64,000 nt of DNA, taken from assembly GCF_006345805.1 (NCBI RefSeq), contig NC_043009.1:49228001-49292000 (forward strand), written 5' to 3'. Below are positions 13,324 through 26,654 of the stretch, piece after piece; position 1 is the first letter of the stretch; every line of letters begins with the position of its first letter. The position numbers were made by a program, and so were the translations under genes. The notes under the pieces are model-generated. The model searched no databases. It saw only the letters and a list, made by a program, of their open reading frames with translations, and had not been told where the DNA came from. The DNA is from Octopus sinensis. Taxonomy: Eukaryota.

Positions 13324-13402
<79 letters not shown>
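13312..13402. repeat. (GATA)n array at the Tx1 5' junction
   Basis: AGATAGAT repeats begin immediately after the truncation point. Confidence 0.95.
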
Positions 13403-13405
<3 letters not shown>

Positions 13406-13764
13406 GAATCAGCCTGAGATACTCGACATTACAACAAACAACGCATCATTGAGAATGGATCATTGTCGCACACCACAAGGTATATTATACAAATGTACAA
13501 TTTAATATTGTTCTTAGCATACCTACCACATCAATTTCATTCATCTATCTTCAATTCTCTCTCTCTCTCTCTCTCTCTCTTTCCTTCATTCCTGTTTCCT
13601 TCGTACTTTCTTATTCCTTTCTTCATCCATTGTATTTCTTGTCTTCATTCTTCCTTTCATCTCTTCTTCCTTTTCTGAATATTTCTTCATGGTCAATTTT
13701 CTATTTTTCATTCTTTTCTTTCTCTTCGTTTCCATTCTCTACTACGTCCATCTTTTATTATTTC

Positions 13765-14445
13765 TATACCTTAAAGTGGTGAATGGCAAAATCGCTTGCA
13801 CGCCGGGCAAAATACTTATCGACGTTTCGTCCATCTTTACGTTCTGAGTTCAAATTACGCCGAGGTCGACTTTGCTTTTCATCCTTTCTGAGTCGATAAA
13901 TTAAGCACCAGTGAACCACTAGGATCGATGTAATCGACAAGTCCCTTCCTCAAAAATTTCAAACCTTTTGCCTTTAGTAGAAAGGATTATTTCTGTATTT
14001 TAAGGCGGCCAACTGGTAGAATTGTTAGCGCGCTGGGTAAGATGCTTATCAGTATTTCGTTCGTTTTCTTGTTCTGAGTTCAAATTCCGTCAAGATCCAC
14101 TTTGCCTTTCACCTTTGCCTTTCGAGGTCGATAAAATAAGTAAACATTTTGGTCGCTGTCATCGATTTACCCTTCCCCACGAACTAACTGCCTTTCCGCC
14201 AAAATTTGAAACCGTTATTTCTATACTCTAATGCAGGGAACCGGCAGAGTTATTATCTCCCGGGGAAAAGGCTTAGCTGAATTTTGTCCCTCTTTACGTT
14301 CGCAGTTCAAATCCCGCCAAGGTCCACTTTACCATTCATCCTTTCGAAGTCGATAAAAATAAGTACCAGTTGAAAACTGAGGTCGTTGTAATCGACTTAA
14401 ACCACAAACCCCTAAAATTGTTGGCTCTGTGCCAAAATTTAAAAC
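13765..14445 (+). mobile_element. Three tandem SINE family B copies
   Basis: Repeated GAGTTCAAAT/GGTCGAC/GTCGATAAA blocks. Confidence 0.8.
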
Positions 14446-14507
14446 ATTTTTATACTTGTTATGACATGGGTGTACACGTCTGATGTAAAATAAAATAAAT
14501 AATAAAT

Positions 14508-14755
14508 GCGCCCTTTTAAAACCTAGCCAGGCTCATGGGTCCGGTTTCCTGGTTTCAATGGCGTATGTGTTCCCCATCTGGACGGGACGCCAGTCCATCG
14601 CAGCGTTACTCATTTTTGCCAGCTGAGTGGACTGGAGCAACGTGAAACGAAGTATTTTGCTCAAGAACACAACGCGTCGCCCGGTCCAGGAATCGAAACC
14701 ACAATCTTACGATCATTATGCTAAAACCCTAACCACTAAGGCCACGCACCTCCAC
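14508..14755 (-). mobile_element. tRNA-derived SINE family D
   Basis: Head GAGGTGCGTGGCCTTAGTGGTTAG...GGTTTCGATTCC and CORE-like GTGTTCTTGAGCAAA on the minus strand. Confidence 0.85.
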
Positions 14756-15344
14756 ATCTGATGTAAAATGGTATCACACAAATAAATAGATGATTGTGGT
14801 TATCTAAAAATAACCTATCGCAGAAATATATGCTAACACAGAACGCACTCCGTACTACTCGAACTAGTAGTAGGTACGATACTAAGTATTCACTGTTCAA
14901 CTACCGACTGTTAAACCAAAACGTCGAACTAACATGGTAAACCAACACCGTGACATTTCCCTCAGTTCTTATTTATCGTAATCGGTTTGTCCAATTTCAG
15001 TCACGCGGAGGCGTTCAGAATTTCCCTATACCAATACTTTATTCTGCTGGCTTTCTGATTTCTTCGTAATTCTTCTACTTCAATCGCTATAGATATCAAT
15101 TTTTTCTCTTATTCTTCAACTTTTCTTCAAGAGTGGTGGATTGGCAGAATCGTTTTGCGCTATTTCTGTCGGATCCAAGTTCAAATCTCACTATGGTCAA
15201 CGTTATCAAGTTTACTTTTAATCCGCCTCAAGTCGAAAAGTTCTAGTTAAAGAGTGAATCTGTGTCATCGACTAATTACCTCTTAATTACCTCCCCTAAT
15301 TACTTCCCCTGAAAATTACTAACCTTGTGTCTAAATTAGAAATT

Positions 15345-15765
15345 TTCTTATTTCTTTACTGCCCACAAGGTGCTACACACAGAGGGGACAAACAAGAACA
15401 GACAAAGGGATTAAGTCGATTACATCGACCCCAGTGTGTAACTGGTAATTAATTTATCGACCCCGAAAGGATGAAAGGCAAAGTTGACCTCGGCAGAATT
15501 TGAACTCAGAACGTAAGGGCAGACGAAATACCTATTTCTTTACTACCCACAAGGGGCTAAACACAGAGAGGACAAACAAGGACAGACAAACGGATCAAGT
15601 CGATTACATCGACCCCAGTTCGTAACTGGCACTTAATTTATCGACCCTGAAAGGATGAAAGGCAAAGTCGACCTTGGCGGAATTTGAAATCAGAACGTAA
15701 CGGCAGACGAAATACGGCTTACGCATTTCGCCCGGCGTGCTAACGTTTCTGCTAGCTCGCCGCCT
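15345..15765 (-). mobile_element. SINE family B dimer
   Basis: A full copy (15531-15765) is joined to a 5'-truncated copy at GACGAAATAC|CTATTTC. Confidence 0.85.
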
Positions 15766-15974
15766 TTTGTGTCTGAATTAGAAACTTTCTTCCAACGAAT
15801 TGGTTGTCGAGGACAATGAGAGATAAAATAGTTAGAAAGCCAGATTATAAATAGTTCGTAGTATTTTTATTTCGAGTTCAAATCTTGCCGATGTCAACTT
15901 CACCATTTATTTGTTTGTGATGATGTTAAACATAATTATGGCAACGAACGGAAAAAAATCTTTAACACGCCAAA

Positions 15975-16395
15975 CAAAATGCTTAGCAATATTTCGTCCG
16001 TCTTAACGTTTTGAGTTCAAATTCCGCCGAGGTTAACTTTGACTTTCATCCTTTCGGGTCCGATAAAATAAGTACTAGTTGCATACCGGAGGTTGGTATA
16101 ATCGACTTACCCCCTCCCCTAAAATTTCAGGCCTTGTGCCTTGTTGTTGATTAGTCCACATTACTCCGTAAGGAGCGTAGGGCCTGGGATTCAGTTTCTC
16201 TGGTGCATATAATCCCTCATTGGACAGGACGCCTGTCCATCGCAGAATTACTCATTTCTACCAGCTGACAGGAATGGAGCAGCGTGAAATGAAGCGTTTT
16301 GCTCAAGAATACAGCGCATCACCCGGTTCAGGAATCGAAACCACAATCTTACGATCATGAGTCCAACATCCTAACCACTAAGCCAGCGCCTCCAA
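15975..16395. mobile_element. SINE B (+, 15975-16150) and SINE D (-, 16180-16395)
   Basis: Same diagnostic blocks as the other copies. Confidence 0.75.
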
Positions 16396-17094
16396 TGTGC
16401 CCATTGCAGAAAGGATTAGATAAACATAATTTAGGTTACCAATCCCCCAAAATGTGTGGCTTTGTGCCAAGTCTTTAAACTATTGTCAAGACTACTTAGA
16501 GCTTCGGATATAATTGTTTGCAGTATTTCTTCCGGGTGTTTTGAGTTCAAATGCCGCCAAGGTCAATATTACTTGTCTTTCATTTTCCCGGAATCTGCTA
16601 ACTTCTTTCTCCAGAATTGTTGTCTTGAACCTGTAAGAAACAATAACATAATTGCTGATTCGGTTTTCATTCTTGCTTATGTTGTTAACAATGATGTTTT
16701 TCTTATCGTTTTCGCTTTTGAGTATTTGACCGCTTGCATTTGGTCATGTCTGTAGGAACTAACTACCTACAGTTACTCTAGGATTTAGTATGGAGACTGG
16801 TGTTAGGTTAAATTGACAGTACATCAGTTCTACTTTAAAATGCCCTTGTTTCTAAATTAGTTGCTATGATCTAGAAACTACGGTCCAGAGTTAGAAAGAC
16901 TACATCAAGCAAATATTAGTCGTAGGAGGTGAGTTAAGTGGTTTAACTGTGTATATCAATACAGAGCTATTAGAAATGTAAAACTATTTGCTTATGAAAG
17001 ATCTGAACACAGCAACGTTTAAAATATAGGAAATGCTTCTTATTGATCTAAAAAATATTGAAAACTATTCTCCCTGAGATTGCTTTTGTTGCTG

Positions 17095-17129
<35 letters not shown>

Positions 17130-17869
17130 TTAAGCAACAAGACGGGTAAGGGTGATTAGTTGATGGTCTAAGGCTTAGGGGCGGGAGACCCCAGACCTTG
17201 GAAAAAAAACCTTTGGTGGTCTTGTTGTAGTCGAGGGCTCTTCGTTGACGCCCGACACCACTGGGAGGTGGCCCTCGAAGTCGCTGGAAATGGAGATCTC
17301 CAGGTCCAAATTCTTGAACGGCTGCTGCTGCTGCTGTTGTTGTTGTTGTTGCTACTACTGCTGTCGTTGATATGGCTGTTTAACCTCAGGTCGCCTTTGA
17401 CCAAATTCGTTTCAGCTATGACCATCACAGCTCCAGGTCAGGTCTTCTTGAGGCAAATTTCACCAAACTCGCTCCATCCGTGATTATCCCAAATTTCTTT
17501 CTTTAATTATGGTTTACCTAGGACTACATTACTCAATGTGTGTTTGACCATTTCTTTTTAAAGAAGGTAGGACGTGATTTTAGAGATATATTAGGTCGTG
17601 TAACTCGACCGTATTTCTATGCAATCCTCTTGCACAAGAGGCTTTGTATATTGTAAAAAGTGTTACAGACAGTTCAAAAGGTGAGGTTAGTGGACGACCA
17701 GCCCAGAGGTCTTATGTGGAAAATATCCATCGCTTAAATAGTCTAGTCTACCTAACTGATACAAAGAAGTACAACCAGCACAGCCAGCCAAAGCAAGCAT
17801 TCTAGCCATTAACAGATTCCTAAGTTAATATAACAAATATGATGCAATGACAGAGACTCTATATTCTTT

Positions 17870-18455
17870 TCTACTCTAGGCACATGGCCCAAAATTTTGG
17901 AGGAGGGGGCCCAGTAGATTACATCAAATCCAGTACACAACTGGTACTTAATTTATCGACCCCGTAAGGATGAAAGGCAAAGTTGACCTCGGTGGAATTT
18001 GAATTCAGAACGTAAAGACAGACGAAATACTGCTAAGCATTTCGCCCGGCGTGCTAACGTTACTTATTTCTTTACTGCCCATAAGGGGCTACACACAGAG
18101 GGGATAAACAAGGAGAGACAAACGGATTAAGCTGATTATATCGACCCCAGTGCGTAACTGGTACTTAATTAATCGACCCCGAAAGGATGAAAGGCAAAGT
18201 CGACCTCGGTGGAATTTGAACTCAGAACGTAAAGACAGACGAAATACCTATTTCTTTATTACCCGCAAGGGGCTAAACATAGAGGGGACAAACAAGGACA
18301 GACATAGGTATTAAGTCGATTACATCGACCCCAGCGCGGAACTGGTACTTAATTAATCGACCCCGAAAGGATGAAAGGCAAAGTCGACCTCGGCGTAATT
18401 TGAACTCAGAAGTATTTTGCCCGGCGTGTTAACGTTTCTGACAGTTCGACGCCTT
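17870..18455 (-). mobile_element. SINE family B trimer
   Basis: Three units. The junction at 18246 is the same as that at 15530. Confidence 0.85.
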
Positions 18456-18492
18456 GACAGAGATTCTATCTTAACAAATACATTAAATCATA

Positions 18493-18762
18493 TACAGTAA
18501 CCCCGCGCCATATCGCAGTTCACCTATCGCGCACTTAGTATATCGCGGTTCACCTATAGCGCACTTAATATATCGTGGTTCGCCTATCGCGCACTCAGTA
18601 CATCGCGGATTTTTCTTGCTAATATATGTAAATTTATATCGCGGTCTCCTCAGTATACCCGGGTTTATGCGACCGATTAGTATTTGTATTTTTTTTAGAT
18701 TTTATTTATTTCTGTGAGAAGTTTTGGAATTTAGCACCCGCGATAGTCGAGCGATTACTGTA
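18493..18762. mobile_element. pogo/Tigger-type MITE with internal 30-bp repeat x3
   Basis: TA-CAGTAACCCCGCG ... CGAGCGATTACTG-TA. Internal repeat TATCGCGGTTCACCTATCGCGCACTTAGTA. A partial relative lies at 50795-50920. Confidence 0.75.
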
Positions 18763-18961
18763 CAGAGGCCGCCAAAAGTATGTATACACACTTCAGGAAA
18801 GGAAAAATCTGTGTAAATATTTAACTTGTATAATTACCTCTTTAAATATAAATACCACTTTCGATGTTTTATCGAATTGCAATAACACTAAATTAAAATA
18901 TTTATAGAGATTTTTTCCTTTCCTGAAGTAAGCATACATTTTTTTTTTGGCGAACTCTATA
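18761..18961. mobile_element. Tc1/mariner-type MITE
   Basis: TA-CAGAGGCCGCCAAAAGTATG ... CATACATTTTTTTTTGGCGAACTCTA-TA imperfect TIRs. Confidence 0.65.
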
Positions 18962-19502
18962 TAATGGATCTCCGTCGCTTTCGACGGTGTGTGTGTGCAG
19001 TTGTTGGATCAAACTAATAATCTGTTTATCGAATTAGCGTTTAAGTAGCTGGGTATTATAGAGACAGGTGTACTCTTAATGTAATTCTCAGGCAGAGTAA
19101 GGGTGATACAGTGCGTAACAGTGATGGAGTTTTGAATTACAAGTGCAATCTATCTAACAGTTTCCGTCTACCCTATTTTCTCTGTACGGGCTGCCAGAAT
19201 CGTTAGCACGGAGAAAAAAATGCTTGGCGGGTATTTCTACTGGGCCTTTACGCTCTGAGTTCAAATCCCGTCGAGGTCAGCTTTGTTTTCCTTCATTCGG
19301 ACATTGATAAAATAAAGTACCAGTCATTTACGGGGGGTCGATGTAATCGACTTGCCCACTCTCTTCGAAATTGCTAGTGTTGAAGCGAGCAAACAGATCG
19401 GAGACCCTTTCAGTGGGGATTGTGGTGATCTCGCCCACTTACACACCATGGAAACCGAGTAAATCAACTTCATGATTCAGTGAGCTAAAAAAAAAACTTA
19501 CA

Positions 19503-19945
19503 AAGGCGTAGGAGTGGCTGTGTGGTAAGTAGCTTGCTTACGAACCTCATGGTTCCGGGTTCAGTCCCACTACGTGGCACCTTGGGCAAGTGTCTTCTAC
19601 TGTAGCCTCGGGCTGACCAAAGCCTAGTGAGTGGATTTGGTAGACGGAAACGGAAAAAAGCCCATCGTATGTATGTATGTATGTATGTATGTATGTATGT
19701 ATGTATGTATGTATGTATGTGTGTGTGTGTATATGTTTATGTATCTGTGTTTGCCCCCCCACCATCGCTTGACAACCGATGCTGGTGTGTTGACGTCCCC
19801 GTAACTGAGCGGTTCGGCAAAAGAGACCGATAGAATAAGTACTAGGCTTACAAAGAATAAGTCCTGGGGGTCGATTTGCTCGACTAAAGGGCGGTACTCC
19901 AGCATGGCCGCAGTCAAAATGACTGTGAAACAAGTAAAAGAGTAA
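19503..19945 (+). mobile_element. Full-length SINE family A with internal (TATG)n
   Basis: Head, CORE-like block, central microsatellite and 3' tail are all present. Confidence 0.9.
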
Positions 19946-19986
19946 GCTTGAAGTGATGTGCGACAAGAAAAGAGAATAAAACTTGC

Positions 19987-20161
19987 CTTGTCTGCTTGCT
20001 ACGCTGAGAAACGGAAATTGCGGATTCGTGATTACAGAGAGCTTCTTAACCATCCGTTCATTTACTTGCTTTACGATAGCATATAACTGATGCAACAGCT
20101 TAGTCGCTCTTACAAGCGTAGTTTGATATTCGACGCAATTGTGAAATACTTGTCGGCCATA
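19987..20161 (-). other. Candidate internal exon (unidentified)
   Basis: Branch-like GCTAAC, acceptor TTTGTTTCTCGAAACAG, donor AG|GCAAGT (GC type). One frame is open across all 175 nt. The peptide is not recognised. Confidence 0.25.
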
Positions 20162-20414
20162 CTGTTTCGAGAAACAAACAATAGTTAGCAATTACAGTGT
20201 GAGTAAGATTAACAAAGAGTAATTAGGATTAGCCTGCTCGTGTGACTGACTGACTATAGCAATCTATTGACTGTATTGTAAGTGTAGTAGAATCAACAGA
20301 CGATCTTTGTTTTTTTTTTGTATGAGAAAGGATTAAAAATTATGACGGCGGATTAATGCAATGGTATACGCACTTCAATGGAGTGTTAAGCTACATTTTT
20401 TTATCATTGTTGTT

Positions 20415-20714
20415 TCTTTTGTCCTCTTCTTCTTCTTCTTCTTCTTCTTCTTCTTCTTCTTCTTCTTCTTCTTCTTCTTCTTCTACTTCTACTCTGTTTG
20501 TCTACTTCTTCTTTTTCTTTGTCTTCTTCTCTTCTCTTCTTTTCTCTACTTCTTTTCTTCTTGTCTTCTTTTTTTCTTCTTCTTCTTCTTTCTTTTTTTT
20601 CTTCTTCTTCTTCTTNNNNNNNNNNNNNNNNNNNNNNNNNNNNNNNNNNNNNNNNNNNNNNNNNNNNNNNNNNNNNNNNNNNNNNNNNNNNNNNNNNNNN
20701 NNNNNNNNNNNNNN
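20415..20714. other. (TTC)n microsatellite followed by a 100-N assembly gap (20615-20714)
   Basis: Direct observation. Confidence 0.98.
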
Positions 20715-20982
20715 NGTTCCTATGAAGCTGTTGGATGTTATTCAGGCACACAACTAAGAGTTCACTGCATCTAATAACAGAAACAGCGGTAAGATAATGA
20801 AGATCATTACATAACCATTGTTTTTCCCTGTGTCATCCATCACCTTCGTATTGGAAGTCACTTGACCCTGTTATCTCCCCCAACTGTCCCTCTCGCGTCT
20901 AACCACTGTCCGAAGTCAGGACGCCATGATAGATCGTTAGCTCCTACTGCATTTTTTTCTCTCCTTGTTTTTTTCTGTGTAT

Positions 20983-21018
20983 CTTTCTGTCGAAGAGCGT
21001 AGGCTCGAAACGTAAAAG
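20983..21018 (+). ncRNA. Minimal type I hammerhead, A6 mutated (probably inactive), in a Penelope-like tail (20900-21118)
   Basis: CTTT-CTGTCGA-A-GAGC-GTAG-GCTC-GAAACGT-A-AAAG. Stem I covaries relative to the 1605 copy. Confidence 0.65.
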
Positions 21019-21390
21019 ACTTTTTATATTTCTATTCCTGAGCGCCATACTAATACATTTGTTTGTTTGTACTCCACCTGCCTTCGTCTTTTGTTTAATT
21101 TCGTAAATTTTCCCTTTATATATATATATATATCACCTTCGAAACGTAGAGTAGATGAAACCATGGCGACTGAAGAAGGGTTTTTTTCTTTGTGTTAACT
21201 GTCCTGTACTCTATCTTTTTGTTGTTTAAAAAAATGTCCAGTTCCTTGGGTTTGTGTCTATGTTTTCGTTTCTCGTTGTGTTCGACGTTTTTTGGTGTCC
21301 TGTACTCATGTATGCGTGTATATATACATGTAGAGGTAGGTACGTACATATGTGTATGTATATATGCATATGTTTTATTTATTAATATAT

Positions 21391-21473
<83 letters not shown>

Positions 21474-21479
<6 letters not shown>

Positions 21480-21721
21480 GTTGGTGCATAATTATTGCGG
21501 CTTTTTTCAACAAAAAAAAAAACAGTAACAACATGTAACAAAAACATCTTTAAATTATTATTCCGGAGCATATTCACCATCTACTTCAATTACTGCTTCC
21601 CATTTGCTTGGCAGACGGTCAGACTGTCATTTAAAGAAGTCTTTGTTAAATATTGTTATTGTTTTTTTGTTGAATAAAATTTGTTGAAAACAAGCCGCAA
21701 TAATTATGAACCAACATAATA
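21474..21721 (-). mobile_element. Internally deleted mariner element with both TIRs and the transposase C-terminus
   Basis: TA-TTGGGTTGGTGCATAATTATTGCGGC ... GCCGCAATAATTATGAACCAACATAA-TA. Minus strand 21620-21558 reads DRLPSKWEAVIEVDGEYAPE*. Confidence 0.85.
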
Positions 21722-22202
21722 TATAGATATAGATATAGATACTTGTTTTATTCGACAGAAGACGGTAAGCAGGCGGAATCTTTTGCAAGTCAGACGAAAA
21801 TGTTTGGACTCTCCTGTCGACGACGTATGAAGGTTCAGCTTTTGCCGAACGACCTACAAACAAATGATTTGTTTATAGTGGTCAAACGTCCGTGCCGTAC
21901 ATTAGCTCCACTCTCTCAAATCGACGTTGTTTGATCTGGTGTACTGTGTACCACGTGTCGGGCGTCGAAGTGGCGGCAGCGCAACGCGAGATGAAGGGCT
22001 TTGCTCAAGAACACAACGTTACCACCCGGTCTTGGAATTGAAACCGTAATATCGCGATCGCGAGTCCGACACCTGAACCTCTAGGCCATTCGCCTTCACA
22101 CACACGCGCACACATATATTTATGCGTGCACGTATGTATATATGTATGTATGTGTATATATAAATATATATGTGCGTGTGTGTGTACACAATACCCATAT
22201 AT

Positions 22203-22248
<46 letters not shown>

Positions 22249-22974
22249 TATATATATAATATATATATATATAATATATATATATTATATATATATACAC
22301 ACACACCATACGCACAGACATTAAATGTATATATGTACGGGCATATATATGAGTATGTGTATGTATGTATTTTTTGTATATACGTATGTATGCATGCATG
22401 TATGTACGCGTATATGTATGTATGCATATATACATGTATGTATCATATATGCATGCATGTATGTATGCATGTATGTATGTATATGAATGTGTGAATATAT
22501 GTATGTATTTTATGTATGTATGTATGCATGTATGTATGTATGTACGTATGTATATATGCATGTGTGCACGTATATATGTATGTATGCATATATGTATGTA
22601 TATATGCATGTATGTATGTATGTATATGAGTATGTATATCAGTATGTGTATGTATGTATGTATGCATGTGTGTATGTATGTATATGTGTAAATACTTATA
22701 TGTATAGTGTTATATTCCCTCCACCCTATATTCTATTCTACCCCAATTATTGCATTCACGAGAAGAAAAACCAAGGCCACCACCAACAAAACAACCAAAA
22801 GGAAAGGGTTACTCCCTTTTTTGATTGGTTTTTCTTTGTTTTGTTTCAAATATTTATTTAATTTTTTACTTTTCCTCTTATTTTCTTTATTTGTTGTTGA
22901 TTCACTTTTTCTCTTATTTTTTAAAACCTATTTTCACTTTTTTCTCAGATTTTCTATATTTTCTGCAGATATCG

Positions 22975-23759
22975 TTACGGCGGTAAGCTGGCAGAATCGT
23001 TAAGCACGCTGGGCGAAATGGTTACCGATATTTCATTCGTCTTCACGTTCTGAGTTCAAATTCCACCGAGGTCGATTTTACCTTTTTATCCTTTCGGTGT
23101 CGATAAAACAGGTATCGGTGAAATACTAAGATCGATTTAATCGACTAATGCCCTACCCCAAAAGTTCGAGCCTTGTATCTATAGTAGAAGCCTTGTATCT
23201 ATAGGTTTATTAATATCATTATTTAAGCAAAATGCTGAGTCTTTACTTTCTCAGTTCACATTCCACCTCGATCGACTTTGCCTTTCATATTTAACAGGAT
23301 CGATGAAATAGGCAGTAGTCATGTCCTTGGATCAACTTCCCCCTCCTCTCAAAAACTGCACTCTGTTCCAAAATTTCTGACCACTGTTATAGAGACAGAA
23401 AGCTGGCAGAATCGTTAGCAGGCCAGATAAAATGCTTAGAGGCATTTGTCCGTCTTTACGTTCTGAGTTCAAATTCCACCGAGGTCGATTTTGCCTTTCA
23501 TCTTTTTAGGGCACTATAAATTAAGTGCCAGTCAAACACCGAGATCGATGTAATCAGTTAGTCCCCTCCCCAAAAATTTCAGGCCTTGTGCCTTTAGTAG
23601 AAAGGAATATTATTACCATTAAGATGGCGAAGTTGACTTTGCCGCTCATCCTTTCGGGGTCGATAATATAAGTACCATTTGAGCATGAGCACTAGGTCCA
23701 ATGTAATTAATTATCCCCCTCTTCCAAAATTTCAGACCACGCGTCTATAGCAGAAAAGC

Positions 23760-23760
<1 letters not shown>
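22975..23760 (+). mobile_element. Tandem SINE family B copies
   Basis: Repeated AGCTGGCAGAATCGTTAG heads and B-box blocks. Confidence 0.8.
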
Positions 23761-24078
<318 letters not shown>

Positions 24079-25704
24079 GGCAGCGAGCTGGCAACATCGT
24101 TAACGCGTGGGACAAAATACTTAGCATCGTTTTTACAGACTCTTTATGTTTTGAGTTCAAATTCCGTCACGATCGACTTTGCCCTTGATCGTTTCGGGGG
24201 TCTAAACCTCTTCACTCAAAATTGTGGGCTTTGTATCAAAATCGGAAGCCATTATTTCGGCCCATAACTCTAATTCTGCTGAATGCAGATTTCAAGATTT
24301 TAGCGGGGTTTGCACTAAAATCCCGCTAAAAGTCATCAGTCACCAGCGAAGTAGTAAGGCTTCGTAGCATGAACCATGCTTTTGCTAATTGTTTTAGGTA
24401 CATATGTAGTTTCAAGTAGGCAGAGACACTCTCTCGCCTCTCCCACTCTTTGACCAAGCAGGAATGTGAAAGCAGGAAGGAGAGAAAGCTTCACGAATAT
24501 TCGGCTGGTAATCATTTTCTGCAGAGTAGACAAGAGAAGTATAAAATGAAGTAACTTGCGTGAGGACACAACACGTCACCCGGTCAAGGGCTTGAACACA
24601 TGACATAGCGATCATAAGCTGAACATCTTAACTCCTTGGCCACGCGCCTTCCCAGTAGCCTGACTGGTGATGCATAAATATACGCCCTCCATCCCTATGT
24701 GATACATGATAGAAAGGGTGAGGTAAGTAACATTGCATGGGCAAACCCTTGATCAATTTAAAACAATTGAAAGATTACGATAAGGTTGACTACCTGTACT
24801 TAGCAGTAGTCCTCACAGCGGCCGCTTTCGGTCCCTTCATCGGCGGCTGGATCGTGGTTTTCTGTGGTTTCCACACGAATTAACCTCGGAGACCTCCCTC
24901 TTTTGGGGGGAGATTTCCTTTGAACATTTTGTTTGTTGTTTCTTTTTAGCGGAGTTGTTTTGTTTTTGCTCTTGCCATTTCCTTTGCTTATATGTTGTTT
25001 TTTTTTAATGTAATCCCGCTCTGTATCGTCCTCTATGTTTTTGGTGGTACTTCTAGTTTATAAAGAAAGTATTATCGTTATTTTTGGTGCTGCTGTCGAA
25101 GTTGCAGTTGTCCTTGTTGACGGAGAGTACAGGTTCGAAAAATAAAGTACCAGTCAAGTACTGGGGTCAATGAAATCGACAAAATCCCCCCACCCACCCA
25201 CCTCTAAAATTACTAGACTTGTGCCAAAATGTGAAATCATACTTGTATCATATTTTTCTGTTCGTAAAATACTGTTATCGCATGTACGTATGTCTGTATT
25301 TATGTACGCATGTATGTACATATAAGTATGTATATATCTATGTGTGTGTGTGTATATATACATAAATATACATATATGCGCGTGTGTGTATACATATATA
25401 TACATACATACATACATACATACATACATACATACATACATACATACATACATACATACATGCGTGTGTGTGTACGTGCGTATGAATGAATGTATATGGG
25501 ATGTATGAATGAATGTGTGGTGTGTGTGTGTGTGCGTGTGTGTGGTGTGTGTGTGTGTAGGTGTACGCATGTATGTAGGCATGTGGGTATATATATGTTT
25601 GTTTTATCTAGTAGCTATATTGATGGTTGAATGTCATGGACAGTTTCACTCCCTTATCAACAACAAGGCCAAACCTAACAATAACTACTACCACTACTAC
25701 TACG

Positions 25705-25739
<35 letters not shown>

Positions 25740-26654
25740 ATACACACACACGCAACAACATCAACGTTGTCCTTCAGTTGAACGTTTATAAACACTATGA
25801 AAACAGTTACAACATTGTTTGTTGATTTAAGCATCAAATAGATTGCCAGAGCCCAGCCACTTCTGCCTCCTCCTCGTTCTCTTCCTCTGAGTGCTTAGCA
25901 AACGTGGAAGAGGCTAACCAATGTTTGTTATTGTTTTTACTATTACCATTGCTCCTGGTGTCTCTCTTTCCCTCTCCCTCTCTCTCATTCCCTTTCTTCC
26001 GACTATCTATCTGTCTGTATGTCTGTCTGTCAGTCTATCTCTTTATCTATCTCTGTCTGACTCAAACGATTGTAAATAGCTATTTATGAGTGTATGTGTG
26101 CGTGTCAATGCTGGGGCTGAATGTGTATGCATGCGTATATTTTGATGAGTGTGCATGTTTATTTGTGTGTGAGAAAATACATACATACATGCATCACACT
26201 CACACATACACACACACAACGTCTACTTTTCCATGCTGGCATGCGTCAGGAGAGAACGTATAGAAGCACAGTGTTCTACTGCTGGATGCCCTTCCTGTTG
26301 CTGAATCCCCACTTATTTCAAAGTGAGATAATAATCTCCCAATATGTCAAACTACAAACGGACATGTTTATGCAGGGAACATGAAACAAAGACTCCTTAA
26401 GGAACCTTTTTTTAAACAAATATTCGAGCAACATGGCAAGAAGCTCAGATGTGCTTCAATGATGGACTGGAAGCAAATGACATTATTAGCGAAGCCATTA
26501 TTTACTATCGATGGACGAACACCTTTGGGAGAGGAAAATACAAACTCATCCATACAAATATAAAAACACACACACAGACACATATGTCCATGCATATAGA
26601 TATATGGATGCCTCCGCGTGTGTATGTGTGTGTGTTTTTTGTGTGTGTAATGGG

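Noticed and set aside
16500-16755. Open frames on both strands and an acceptor at 16631 (-)
   Set aside because: The frames run into a decayed SINE, the donor is weak, and the peptide is unrecognised.
20356-20774. ORFs spanning the N gap
   Set aside because: Artefacts of (TTC)n plus undetermined bases.
21134-21180. Permuted (type II) hammerhead: CCTTCGAAACGTA...CTGAAGAAGGG
   Set aside because: Both core halves are present, but stem I does not pair (GAGT vs GCGA) and stem II is weak.
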